DNA of 64,000 nucleotides from a virus. Lineage: Duplodnaviria; Caudoviricetes. The translations under genes were made by a program, and so were the position numbers. Location of the stretch: the IMG/VR virus record IMGVR_UViG_3300032038_000011, positions 72,936-136,935 of that record; one strand, written 5' to 3'. Of this stretch, positions 37,059-47,134 are shown in pieces (the stretch's first letter is position 1; every line of letters begins with the position of its first letter). The notes below the pieces were generated by a model. It was not told the origin of the DNA. It did no database searches and saw nothing but the letters and a program-made list of their open reading frames with translations.

Positions 37059-38534
37059 ATGGCTAATTTAATAGGACAAGAAATTTTTAGTAATTTAAAT
37101 AATAAAGGTCAAGTATATTTAGCGACACATGATGGGGTAGGCAATAGCCTACCCTATATGAGTCGTTCTTTTATTAGTTTTACTTTTGGAGGTAAGGCTA
37201 TTGAAGATTTTGGTTTAATTGCGACTTTTGAAGATAGAATGGAAAATAATTTATATGCTTCTTTTTCAGATTTAACTTCAACATATGATATGATTGATGG
37301 TCAGTTATATTGGGGAACTCGTTTTGAAGCAGGACAATTAAGTTTAAAATTATCTACTGATGGAATGACTGAAAAACAATTGGATGATTTTAAATATTGG
37401 TTTTCTCCAGGCATTATTAGAGAATTAATTTTAGCCGAGCATCCAAATCGAGCTATTTTCGCGCGAGTATCTGAAAGACCTGTTTTTTCTTGTTTACCAT
37501 TTGAACAAAAAACTTCTTTAAAAATATCAGGTATAGATTATGAAACTAGTACAACTTTATATAAGGGCTCTATAACTTTGTCTTTTGTTATGGATGAACC
37601 TTATTGGCATACAAAATTAAATTATATACCAACTTTTATTAATTTAAAAAAAATGGCTCCTTTTGATGAAGAAAAAGATAATATTAATGATAAAATAAAT
37701 TCTCTAGAAAATAAAGATACAATAAAAATTATGTTAGAAGATAATATTCCTCATCAGTCACTTCTTCGCGGAGATATGTTTTTAGGCGGAAATATATTAG
37801 TTACTTCTGAAGCTAGAACTAATTCAGCTTTAGTCGGTCAAGCATACTTAGGAATTATTACTACTGAGTCTGATGGATTAATTTTAAATAGTGATACCCC
37901 CAGAAGATTATTTTATTGTGGAACAGCAAAAAGTTTGCCAATTATTAAATTTTCTATGGAATTAAAATTTAGTGATAATAACTATATTACTAATCCTACG
38001 AATAAAATTTATAATAGTGAATTAAAAGAAGAAGATTATTCTTATATAGCGATTGGAGATAAAAAATTTAAATTTACTACTCCAAGTATTTTAACTAGTT
38101 ATAATCAAGCTATTAAAATTTTTTCTTTGGCAGAATCTTTTAATAAAGTAGAATTATTACAACAAATTAGAGATACTGTCAATGAGTATTATGCTCGTGC
38201 TTGGGCGATTGATTGTGTTAACAGACATACTTCTAAAGAAGATGCTATATCACAAATGAGAGATTTTTTTGTCAGAGATTTAGTTACTTTTATTATTAAT
38301 TCCAAAACTGGAGAAGCAATTGGAGATTTTACTATTAAGTATAGAAATGATATTGAAAATATTGAAGATAAAACAATAAAACAAAATGTTGGGGATATGA
38401 TTCGTTCAGATTACTTAATTATAGAAGGACGAGATTATCTTAATGAAAATGGAGAGATAAATCAATGTCATGAAATTACCACAAATGAAGAATTATCTAA
38501 TATGTTAGTTCTTTATGAAAATATGTTTTTATAA
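37059..38534 (+). CDS. Distal tail protein (Dit-like)
   Basis: Follows TMP; SFTFGG...DFG N-terminus and LSFVMDEPYW motif. Confidence 0.7.
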   Translation: MANLIGQEIFSNLNNKGQVYLATHDGVGNSLPYMSRSFISFTFGGKAIEDFGLIATFEDRMENNLYASFSDLTSTYDMIDGQLYWGTRFEAGQLSLKLSTDGMTEKQLDDFKYWFSPGIIRELILAEHPNRAIFARVSERPVFSCLPFEQKTSLKISGIDYETSTTLYKGSITLSFVMDEPYWHTKLNYIPTFINLKKMAPFDEEKDNINDKINSLENKDTIKIMLEDNIPHQSLLRGDMFLGGNILVTSEARTNSALVGQAYLGIITTESDGLILNSDTPRRLFYCGTAKSLPIIKFSMELKFSDNNYITNPTNKIYNSELKEEDYSYIAIGDKKFKFTTPSILTSYNQAIKIFSLAESFNKVELLQQIRDTVNEYYARAWAIDCVNRHTSKEDAISQMRDFFVRDLVTFIINSKTGEAIGDFTIKYRNDIENIEDKTIKQNVGDMIRSDYLIIEGRDYLNENGEINQCHEITTNEELSNMLVLYENMFL

Positions 38535-38557
38535 GAGTTAAAGGAGGAAGAAGCTTT

Positions 38558-41500
38558 ATGATTAATAAAAAAAATATACGTGATTATGAAGTTTCTATTT
38601 GGACGCTTCAAGATAGTTTTATTACTATCTTGAAGCCTTCTCATTTAGAAAACAAAGGAATGATACAAGAACCTAAAATGGTTTTAAAAGACGATGGAGA
38701 AAATAGTTTTTCTTTTAAAATTCCTATGTATATTTATGAAGATACCAATCTAGAAGAAGAACCTTATTTTAAAAAGGAAGAACTTTTGATGGAAAATCCT
38801 ATTTGGTTTAATGTTCGAAATGGTAATTTATTAGTAGATATGCGAAAAATAAAAGTTATTTTTAATAAAAAAACTGAAGATGAAGAAATTTTTGAATTTA
38901 TTATTACTAATATAAAAGAAAGCCATGAAGGTTTTTCAAAATATTGTGAAGTAACCTGCGGAGGATTAGCTTTTCATGAATTAGGTAAACAAGGTTATAA
39001 TATAACTTTATCTGAAAATGATTTTTTCTATGAATATGAAGAATGGATTGCTTCTGGGAAACCATTGAATAAAGAGCCCATTGAAAATATTAATTATTGG
39101 ATAGAAAAAGTATTAAAAAATTCTAATTGGGGTTATGAAATACAGATGGATTGGTCTTTATATGACCCTACTTGGAACACTTCAAAAGTTTATAAAGAAC
39201 CCTATGTTTCTTCTTGGAAAATTAAAGATAACATTTTAATTCCAGAAGAAAGTGTATTTAAAGAAAATCAATTAGAAAAAGTACAACCATTAGAAGAAAA
39301 AGAAAGTAATAGATATAATTTATTACAAAAGATTGCAGAAACTTTTCAAGTTTATTGTAAATATAAATATTATTATGACGATAATTATCATATTATTGAT
39401 AGAAAAGTTATTTTTTATAATAATTTTTTAAGTGATAAAGAAGAAATTATAGATTTTACTTATGGATATAATACTAGTCAAATTACTAGAGAAATTGATA
39501 GTATGGATTTAGTAACAAAAATGTTTGTAAAACCTATGAAAGATAGCGGAACTTTTTCTGGAGAAATTAAACTATCTGATTCCGCCGCGAATAAATCTTT
39601 AGAAAATTATTTATTAAATTTTGATTATTTATATAAGATAGGAACTATTACTCAAGATCAATATGAAGAAGTAAAAAATTATGAAAAAGAGTTACATGAA
39701 ATTAATTCTTCTTTTTTATCTAATAGTAGAAAATTAATTTATTATACTAATCAGTTACCTATTGAAGAAGCAAAAAAAACTGATGCTGAATCTTTAATAG
39801 AAAATAGTCAAAGAAGAATTAATAAAGCTAAATCAGAAGAACGTGAAATAGCGAATGGTAAAAGTTCTTGTTCTTATACTTCTACGAATCCTTTGCCTTT
39901 TATTTTAATAAAACCTACTGGTGATGAAAGTAATCCATATATTACTTTACAAAGTGTATTTGGTGAATTAAATCAGCCTTCTTTTCAATTATATACTGAA
40001 ATTTTATCTACTGGAGAAGTTAAAAAAGAGTCTGAAATTAAAAATAATTTTGATTTTACAATAAAAAATGGTTTAGTAACTAAAATTACAATAAAAAATG
40101 CAAATTTAAGCAATGTAACAAAAGTATATGCCACTTTTAAGTATAAGCCAAATATTCCAAGTCAAAAAGTTCAGCAATTATGGTTAAGTAAACAAAAACA
40201 GGCTGAAAAAGAAAAAGCCGAAGCCGAAGCTCAATTATTAATAATTAATGGTGAAATTGATTCTTATACTAAACAAAATAAATCACTAAAAAAACGAAAA
40301 CAAGAAATTATTAATAATTTTGAACGCTTTATGGGCCCAGCTATTAGAGAAGGAACTTGGAATCCAGAAGATAGTTATTCTAATTGTCAAACCAATGAAA
40401 TTTTTGAATTAGACAATAGTTCTTTAATTAAAAATTCAAATACTGATAGAAATAATTCTGTTGGTTTTATTTGGAGTAATACTTTATTTGAAGGAGAATA
40501 TGAAATTTCTTATCCTTATGGTTTAGATACAGATACTCCTAATAGATATTATCCTTGTATCAATTTAAGTGGAATAAATATAAATAGTTTAAACGGAGAA
40601 AATTTAAATTTAGTTTACAGAGATTATTACTGGGGTTTGAATGATAATGATTCAAAAGATTATCAAGACCCCACTAAAAATCATTATTTAGCATTAGGAG
40701 CTGAAGATGAATTAAAATTAGTTTTTTTACGAAATAAAATATATAAAAATATTATTCCCGCTTTAATTGTTTTGGGAGTGCGCTCTTTATTAGATGAAGA
40801 AGATGATAATGGTAAATCTACAACTCCTTATTCACAAGTTCAAAAAAATGCTAGATTAAGTACAATTAGTTATGAGAGTAATGGAGATTTTATTGAAACT
40901 GTTGTTATTAAAGAAGATTCTTTAAAAAATCTATGGATTGGACACATAGAAGATTATGAAATTGTTTATCCAAGATTTTATAATTCTTCTTTAAAATTTT
41001 TAACAACTACTCCAGAAAATATGATTTATTATGGAGATACTGCTTTAGAAAAAGATAAAGATTATTATATGCTTTTTAGAGCAGATAAAGATGAAGATGA
41101 ACAAAGTGGAGGCGGTCATTTAGCACATTATTTAACTTTAAAGCCTGAATCAATAATGTTTAAATTAGATAAAAAATATTCTTTCCATTATAGTTTATCT
41201 ACTGCGGCAGATGCGATTTATTTAGACGCTTTAAAAATTTTAAAAGAAAATTCAACTCCAAAAGTGTCTTATTCTTTAACACCTTTGGCAAAAGATGAAT
41301 CTTTTATTAAAAAAGCTTATAATAGAATTGGACAATTAGTTCATATTAATGATATAGATTTAAAATTTGAAAACGTTCAAGGTTATATTTCTGAAGTTAA
41401 TTTAAGTTTAGATAAACCTTGGGAAGATAATTATACTGTTAAAAATTATAAAACTAAATTTGAAGATTTATTTTCTACCATAGTTGCGCAAACACAAGCA

Positions 41501-43828
41501 ATGCAACGCAATTCTCAAACTTTTACTATGGCTTCTAATTTATTTGATAATAATGGATATATTAATTCTGATTTATTAAATAAATCTATTAATAAAGCTG
41601 GTAATGAAATCGAGGTATTTGAAACAGTTGCGGTAACTGAAGAAGCCATGTTTGCAAGAATAGAAGAGCAACTTTATAAAGTTACTTCTGACGCGGCTTT
41701 AATTTTAAATGGTAATATTGGTTTAGCTTTTCCAGCTACAGATACTATTGATGGCATTTCTTTAAATAATCAAGTTGGTTTAAGAATTGATGGAACTATG
41801 AAAAGAGTGAAGAGAAAAGAGAATGGCGAACCTGAATTAATAGATGGTTCTTATCTCTATGATGATAAAAACACTATAGAATCTTATTTTAGAGTAACAA
41901 ATGGAGCAATGGGTTTCTTTAAAAAAGGCTCTGAAAATGAAAAAGATGAAGGAATGATGTATTTTGACGCTCTTACTGGAGATATGGCTTTAAAAGGAAC
42001 TTTATGGGCCAAGGCTGGTGGTTTTGGAGTTGTCTTAGGCGAAAATGACAAACCTTCAAAAGGATGGTTAATTGAAACGGGAACTTTTAAAAGTTTGAAT
42101 GGTAGAGCTACTTTTACTTCGGGGGGACTAAACGAGAATCCGAAGATTATTTTAAAAGGTGATCAAAATCAAGAGATTTTTAAATTTGATGGTGAAAATT
42201 TAACTATTACTGGAGTAATTACTGCTAAACAAGGCGGCAATATTGCTGGTTGGATAATAGGTGATAAGGCTTTATATAAAGAAGATGATAAAGGTAATGA
42301 AGTTGTAGGAATTGGTCCTGGTGATAGTTCTGGTGATATTTCATTTTGGGCTGGTGGTCCCGCGAATGATGCTCCTTTTAAAGTTACTAATGGAGGAGCT
42401 TTAACTGCTACAAACGCGGATATTACTGGGGCAATTACAGCTACTTCTGGAACTATTGGGCAAACTAATGCTCCAAAAATTAATATAGGCAGTACAAGTG
42501 ATGCTAGTACATCACCATCTTGGATTTATAGTGGTAGTAAAAAATCAAAAAATTTTGCTAGTGACGGTTTTTATATTGGAACTGATGGAATTTCTTTAGG
42601 AGAATATGATTCTAAATCAGGACACAATCCTTTTGAAATAAGTACTTCAGGAATTTTATATGCGACTGGAGCAACAATTTCAGGAGCTCTTACAGCAACT
42701 TCTCTTACTGTTGGTAATTCTATGACTTACAGTGATTCTGATGGATTAAAAATTGGTACAGGAAATAATTCTTTAGAATATAAAAACTCTAAATTAACGA
42801 TTAAAGGTAGTATTACTGCGACGAGTGGAAGTATTGGCTCAACTTCAGCAAATCAAATTATTTTAGCAGATGGTGTTATTCGTTGGAACAGAACTAATAC
42901 AGCTGATACAGAAGATAAAACTGGCTTTTATTTAAGTAAAGACGGGCTTTTTATCGGGAATAAAAATAAATTTAAAGTAACTGCTACAGGAGCAGTTACA
43001 GCTTCTGATATAACTATAAAAGGAGGAAGTTTAACAATTGGTTCTACTTTTTCAGTTACATCTGCAGGATATTTAACGGCAACATCTGGTTCTATTGGTG
43101 GATGGTATATAGGCTCTAATTATCTTGGTTCCGCAGATAAATTAGGAAATAGCGTCGTAGGTATTTCAAATCGTGGAAATAGTGATTATGCTTTTTGGGC
43201 TGGAGGAGTTAAAAATGATGATAACAGTCTAAGCGGTGCTTCTTTTTCTGTTACAAAAGAAGGAGCTTTAACAGCAGCAAAAGCTAATATTACTGGAGGA
43301 GAAATAAATCTTTCTCGAACAGAAGATATTTCCTATACCATTGAAGGAGAAGAATTAACTTATAATTATAATGGAGCTATTTCATTAAACCAAAGACATT
43401 CTGAAACAATTGAAAATATCACTAGAACAGTTCCTTTTACTCTTTATCTTCGGGAAAGAATTAATTATGGAAAAGATGAAGAAACTGGAAGAGATAGAAT
43501 AACAAATTATAAAATGTTTTATCATGAAGGAGCTTTAGATTTTAGAGAAACAGATATTTCAAATGGAACATCAATTACTGCTGGTTTTATTTTTAGTAAA
43601 AGGTTTTCTACAAAAAAAATTGATATAAGTGACGAAACCAGTTCTATCGCTATAAATAATGGCAGTCTTGGACTAGAAATGATTGGTGGAACAAAATATG
43701 TTGGATTAAGAACTTATAATACAAATGAGTGGATAATTTATAAAAGTGTAGAGAATAACAAAGTTTATATAAAAGGAAATGTATATGTAGAAAATGGTGC
43801 TGGTGGTTGGAAAAAAATTTCTGGTTAA
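38558..43828 (+). CDS. Tail tip / Tal-like protein with C-terminal fibre repeats
   Basis: N-terminal prophage tail hub region, coiled coil, then repeated ITATSGxIG / FWAGG / FxVTxxGAL beta repeats. Confidence 0.75.
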   Translation: MINKKNIRDYEVSIWTLQDSFITILKPSHLENKGMIQEPKMVLKDDGENSFSFKIPMYIYEDTNLEEEPYFKKEELLMENPIWFNVRNGNLLVDMRKIKVIFNKKTEDEEIFEFIITNIKESHEGFSKYCEVTCGGLAFHELGKQGYNITLSENDFFYEYEEWIASGKPLNKEPIENINYWIEKVLKNSNWGYEIQMDWSLYDPTWNTSKVYKEPYVSSWKIKDNILIPEESVFKENQLEKVQPLEEKESNRYNLLQKIAETFQVYCKYKYYYDDNYHIIDRKVIFYNNFLSDKEEIIDFTYGYNTSQITREIDSMDLVTKMFVKPMKDSGTFSGEIKLSDSAANKSLENYLLNFDYLYKIGTITQDQYEEVKNYEKELHEINSSFLSNSRKLIYYTNQLPIEEAKKTDAESLIENSQRRINKAKSEEREIANGKSSCSYTSTNPLPFILIKPTGDESNPYITLQSVFGELNQPSFQLYTEILSTGEVKKESEIKNNFDFTIKNGLVTKITIKNANLSNVTKVYATFKYKPNIPSQKVQQLWLSKQKQAEKEKAEAEAQLLIINGEIDSYTKQNKSLKKRKQEIINNFERFMGPAIREGTWNPEDSYSNCQTNEIFELDNSSLIKNSNTDRNNSVGFIWSNTLFEGEYEISYPYGLDTDTPNRYYPCINLSGININSLNGENLNLVYRDYYWGLNDNDSKDYQDPTKNHYLALGAEDELKLVFLRNKIYKNIIPALIVLGVRSLLDEEDDNGKSTTPYSQVQKNARLSTISYESNGDFIETVVIKEDSLKNLWIGHIEDYEIVYPRFYNSSLKFLTTTPENMIYYGDTALEKDKDYYMLFRADKDEDEQSGGGHLAHYLTLKPESIMFKLDKKYSFHYSLSTAADAIYLDALKILKENSTPKVSYSLTPLAKDESFIKKAYNRIGQLVHINDIDLKFENVQGYISEVNLSLDKPWEDNYTVKNYKTKFEDLFSTIVAQTQAMQRNSQTFTMASNLFDNNGYINSDLLNKSINKAGNEIEVFETVAVTEEAMFARIEEQLYKVTSDAALILNGNIGLAFPATDTIDGISLNNQVGLRIDGTMKRVKRKENGEPELIDGSYLYDDKNTIESYFRVTNGAMGFFKKGSENEKDEGMMYFDALTGDMALKGTLWAKAGGFGVVLGENDKPSKGWLIETGTFKSLNGRATFTSGGLNENPKIILKGDQNQEIFKFDGENLTITGVITAKQGGNIAGWIIGDKALYKEDDKGNEVVGIGPGDSSGDISFWAGGPANDAPFKVTNGGALTATNADITGAITATSGTIGQTNAPKINIGSTSDASTSPSWIYSGSKKSKNFASDGFYIGTDGISLGEYDSKSGHNPFEISTSGILYATGATISGALTATSLTVGNSMTYSDSDGLKIGTGNNSLEYKNSKLTIKGSITATSGSIGSTSANQIILADGVIRWNRTNTADTEDKTGFYLSKDGLFIGNKNKFKVTATGAVTASDITIKGGSLTIGSTFSVTSAGYLTATSGSIGGWYIGSNYLGSADKLGNSVVGISNRGNSDYAFWAGGVKNDDNSLSGASFSVTKEGALTAAKANITGGEINLSRTEDISYTIEGEELTYNYNGAISLNQRHSETIENITRTVPFTLYLRERINYGKDEETGRDRITNYKMFYHEGALDFRETDISNGTSITAGFIFSKRFSTKKIDISDETSSIAINNGSLGLEMIGGTKYVGLRTYNTNEWIIYKSVENNKVYIKGNVYVENGAGGWKKISG

Positions 43829-43830
43829 AT

Positions 43831-43874
43831 AAAAATAAACCCTCTACTATTTAAGTAGAGGGTTTATTTTTTTT
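43831..43874. terminator. Bidirectional terminator between the convergent arms
   Basis: AAAAATAAACCCTCTACT / AGTAGAGGGTTTATTTTT. Confidence 0.9.
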
Positions 43875-43880
43875 CATTTA

Positions 43881-44261
43881 TTACTCAAAGAATATTTCAA
43901 TATTTAACATTTCTTGAGGAGTTATTTCAAAATTATCAATACTATCCATAGGTAGTTTATCAGCATTAATTTCTAATTCAGTTTCTAATAAAGAATTAAA
44001 TTCTTGATTAATTTCTTCTATATTAGCATTATCAAATTTAACATTACCATTTTCATCTATAATTAATTCGCCATTTTCATCTTTATTACCGTACTTTTGA
44101 ATAATCTTTTGGCGCTCTTCATTAAAAGTTTGCATTTCCTTGTCTAATTCGCGTGCGAGTCTAGCAATCTTAAAAGCAAGAGAACCTTTGAAAGACTGCT
44201 GCATAATTTTATTAAAAGTTTCAGTAGCATTTACTACATTACTTAATTTAATCTTAATCAT
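43881..44261 (-). CDS. DUF1617-like phage protein
   Basis: AFKIAR...ERQKIIQKYGNKDENGE pattern. Confidence 0.55.
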   Translation of the reverse strand: MIKIKLSNVVNATETFNKIMQQSFKGSLAFKIARLARELDKEMQTFNEERQKIIQKYGNKDENGELIIDENGNVKFDNANIEEINQEFNSLLETELEINADKLPMDSIDNFEITPQEMLNIEIFFE

Positions 44262-45004
44262 AAAGTTTCACCCCAAGTAGATTTTGTTTTCTTTAAATAA
44301 CTGACAAAATATTTTCCAATACAAATTGCATCGGCTTCATCTTGCGTACAATCCTGATTGTACCATAACTTAACTTTATCTTGTGCTTGTTTCTTTTTAT
44401 TTTCGCGGCCAGTACCTTCACCAACGCCGCAATATTTTCGCCATTCAACGGCATAAACAAGTCCATGATCTATACATGCCTCAAAAGCTACATCAATTAA
44501 TACTCCTTGTAAGTTAGCTAAAACTCTGTATGTTTCAACTTGGAACTGTGATGAATTTTTGCCATAACTTTGGAGCTGGATATGCTCGAAGCCGAGGAAG
44601 TCGGGCTCCCACTCTTTAATCGCGGCAATTAACCATTTTTTAATTTGATTAATTCTTTCTTCTGTTGGAAGGTCTTTATCAGCTTTATAAGTTCCATAAC
44701 TAACAAGAACACCATCATCATAGATTGAGTAACCTGTGATGATTGTTGCCGCGTCTAAAGCTAAAATTCTAGTCGTGTCAATCTTTTTGATTGGCACTTT
44801 ATTTTTTTTGACTTTATAAGGGTCACCAGCCATACATATTTCACATTGAGGATGTTTACGCCAGTGACGATAAGTCTGAGTTTGTAAATGCCCTTCGGGG
44901 CATTTCATTTCTAATTCCGTATCTAAATTTTTATAAACGTCCGAAATCAATTGCCATCCTTCTTCTTCTAAATGATTTCGGACGCTATAAACATTTATAG
45001 GCAT
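44258..45004 (-). CDS. RuvC-like Holliday junction resolvase with N-terminal zinc ribbon
   Basis: ILALDAA, FEHI, WRK and DEADAICIG motifs; CPEGH...CEIC N-terminus. Confidence 0.8.
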   Translation of the reverse strand: MPINVYSVRNHLEEEGWQLISDVYKNLDTELEMKCPEGHLQTQTYRHWRKHPQCEICMAGDPYKVKKNKVPIKKIDTTRILALDAATIITGYSIYDDGVLVSYGTYKADKDLPTEERINQIKKWLIAAIKEWEPDFLGFEHIQLQSYGKNSSQFQVETYRVLANLQGVLIDVAFEACIDHGLVYAVEWRKYCGVGEGTGRENKKKQAQDKVKLWYNQDCTQDEADAICIGKYFVSYLKKTKSTWGETL

Positions 45005-45814
45005 TTACTTACCTGTGCTACCAAATCCGCCTTCACCACGTTCAGTCGTAGGAAGAATATCAACTAGTACTGGTTTAAATCGTTCTACACGCTCAACCCA
45101 TACTTGTGCGATTCGGTCGCCAGCTTTAATTTCATAATCAGAATCAGAAATGTTATCATAAAGTACGCCAATTTCTCCACGGTAATCTGCGTCAATAATT
45201 CCAATAGAGTTGGAAAGACGTAGACCAGTCTTTGCTCCGATGCTTGAACGAGGAGCAATTTTTGCTACCCAACCTTCTGGTAAAGCAATCTTTAATCCAG
45301 TAGGAACTTTATTAGAGATAGAGTGTGCAGGAATTATGGTGTCTTTAGAAGCGTAAATATCCGCACAAGCATCAGTATCGTGAGCGTAAGTTGGCATTTG
45401 GCCGCCATCTTCTAATTTAACTGGAAGCTCAAAAGCATAAGAATGATAACGTGAAAAAGCTTCATCAAAAACATCATAGAAGAAATCAAAAGTCGCATCA
45501 AGTAAGGCTCTCTTATTAGGAGAAGGCTCTAATTCATTAATTGCTTCTTGAATTGCGTTTTTATTTTGAGCGACAAAATTTGCGGCTTCCGCACGAGTTA
45601 GATTATCATCTTCAAAGCCTTTAAGAACGTCTTTAATTGAGTCTTCTCTAATTCGAGGAGTTAAAGCTCCTTTAATCATTCCAGAAATAATTTCTACAGA
45701 ATCTTCATTTAAGTTTTCTTCTGGAATAGTCATAATTTGTTCAATCATATCTAGTAAAGGGCGAGCCTGCTCTTCCATAGAAAGGCCATCCGCAAGATCC
45801 ATAAAATTTGCCAT
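45005..45814 (-). CDS. dut: Trimeric dUTPase with N-terminal extension
   Basis: Motifs ACADI, PRSS, GIIDADYRGE, GDRIAQ and RGEGGFGSTG. Confidence 0.92.
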   Translation of the reverse strand: MANFMDLADGLSMEEQARPLLDMIEQIMTIPEENLNEDSVEIISGMIKGALTPRIREDSIKDVLKGFEDDNLTRAEAANFVAQNKNAIQEAINELEPSPNKRALLDATFDFFYDVFDEAFSRYHSYAFELPVKLEDGGQMPTYAHDTDACADIYASKDTIIPAHSISNKVPTGLKIALPEGWVAKIAPRSSIGAKTGLRLSNSIGIIDADYRGEIGVLYDNISDSDYEIKAGDRIAQVWVERVERFKPVLVDILPTTERGEGGFGSTGK

Positions 45815-45815
45815 A

Positions 45816-46034
45816 TTACATTACCTCGTATTCTTTAGTCACACTTACAAGCCAAAACTCATCAATAATTTCGTGAGTTTTTCTATCCTTCTTAGACTTG
45901 TAAGTCGTGTTATATTTTGTAAGAATATAACCATCTACAGATTGATTATTCTTATATTCTTCAATAGTTTCCATTGCCAGCTGTTCACTGTCTACCTTAA
46001 ATACTAATGTTTCAGTTTTCAGTTGCTTGTTCAT
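45816..46034 (-). CDS. Hypothetical protein
   Basis: AAGGAG RBS before MNKQLK. Confidence 0.65.
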   Translation of the reverse strand: MNKQLKTETLVFKVDSEQLAMETIEEYKNNQSVDGYILTKYNTTYKSKKDRKTHEIIDEFWLVSVTKEYEVM

Positions 46035-46497
46035 GATTTTCATTCTCCTTCTTTTCATTTAGCTCTCTTAGCTGTTGAATTAAATTTATATAATTAAGTT
46101 TTTTAGCTGTCTCGGAAATTGTCCCAAATTGCGCGCGACCAGTTTTTCCTAATTTCTTAGCAAAAGCTCGTCTTTCAGCACGATTGTGAAATTGTGGTTG
46201 TTGAATTTTTTCTTCTATTTTTTCAGTAACTGCTTCTGTAATTTTAGAAGAATTATCTAATGTTTCATTATATAAATCTGTTAAAACAGATGAAGCAGCC
46301 AAATCTATTTTATAATTTTTTATTGGATAAACAGAGGAAGAAACACACGCAGTTTCTGCTGCTGTGCACTCATCATAAGGTTTTGTTTCTATATCTATTG
46401 GAGTAATATACCCGGACGTCGTTATTCCTTCGGGTAACTCAGGAACTTCTGTTTTAATTTTTTCTCCATCAGAATTAGTTATTGTTACAATACTCAT
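46012..46497 (-). CDS. Hypothetical protein (NRAERR motif)
   Basis: GGAG RBS before MSIVTI; overlapping operon arrangement. Confidence 0.65.
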   Translation of the reverse strand: MSIVTITNSDGEKIKTEVPELPEGITTSGYITPIDIETKPYDECTAAETACVSSSVYPIKNYKIDLAASSVLTDLYNETLDNSSKITEAVTEKIEEKIQQPQFHNRAERRAFAKKLGKTGRAQFGTISETAKKLNYINLIQQLRELNEKKENENHEQATEN

Positions 46498-46796
46498 ACT
46501 AAACTCTCCACTACTGAGCAAATATGCTCATATTCTTTTTCATTATCTATTTCAATAATATGAAAAATATGATTTTGTCCAGTAGGCTTTAATGGAATAT
46601 TTATTTCGTAATTTTCATAAATGCTAAAAATCATTTTTCGAGCGAGGCCTAAATCATAGTCTGTGGTTTCTTTTTCTGCATTAATAACTAAACCACTAGT
46701 TAGCGCATAAAACACAAATAATTTATCTTTTTCGTTTAGAGCAAGAATACAAATATATTTTGAATTACCCTGATATTTTAAAACTTCTTTAATCAT
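46494..46796 (-). CDS. Hypothetical protein
   Basis: Coupled ORF; likely start MIKEVL. Confidence 0.6.
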   Translation of the reverse strand: MIKEVLKYQGNSKYICILALNEKDKLFVFYALTSGLVINAEKETTDYDLGLARKMIFSIYENYEINIPLKPTGQNHIFHIIEIDNEKEYEHICSVVESLV

Positions 46797-47130
46797 TAGA
46801 CTCTCTCCAGGTTTCATAAAAAGTTAAATCAGTTTTATTATAATCTCCTTTTATGATAACATGTTTAAATACTCGTGCAGGAATATCATAAATTTTTTCA
46901 CCATTTTCTGTAAAAACTTTTTTAACTCCAATCAAAACATATGATTCATAGGGTTTTGCTATTAGCATATTTAAATCATTAATATTTAAATTTGTAGTAA
47001 CTAAATGTAAAATACATAATTCTTTACTATCCCAAATAAAATCATATGAAAGTAAATTTTCAAATTTAATGGTATAAATTATTTTCCCTTTTTCCATTAA
47101 TTTAAGTGTTGCAATTGTTTGAAAATTCAT
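46789..47130 (-). CDS. Hypothetical protein, possibly a divergent tube-fold protein
   Basis: GAGGT RBS; beta-rich pattern loosely like its upstream neighbour. Confidence 0.55.
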   Translation of the reverse strand: MNFQTIATLKLMEKGKIIYTIKFENLLSYDFIWDSKELCILHLVTTNLNINDLNMLIAKPYESYVLIGVKKVFTENGEKIYDIPARVFKHVIIKGDYNKTDLTFYETWRESND

Positions 47131-47134
47131 ATTA

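Noticed and set aside
20389-37071. Short antisense or overlapping ORFs inside the tape measure gene and other long genes
   Set aside because: No RBS or promoter support; typical shadows of long coding frames.
38558-43828. Diversity-generating retroelement target in the tail tip
   Set aside because: No reverse transcriptase and no TR/VR pair differing at adenines seen in the window.
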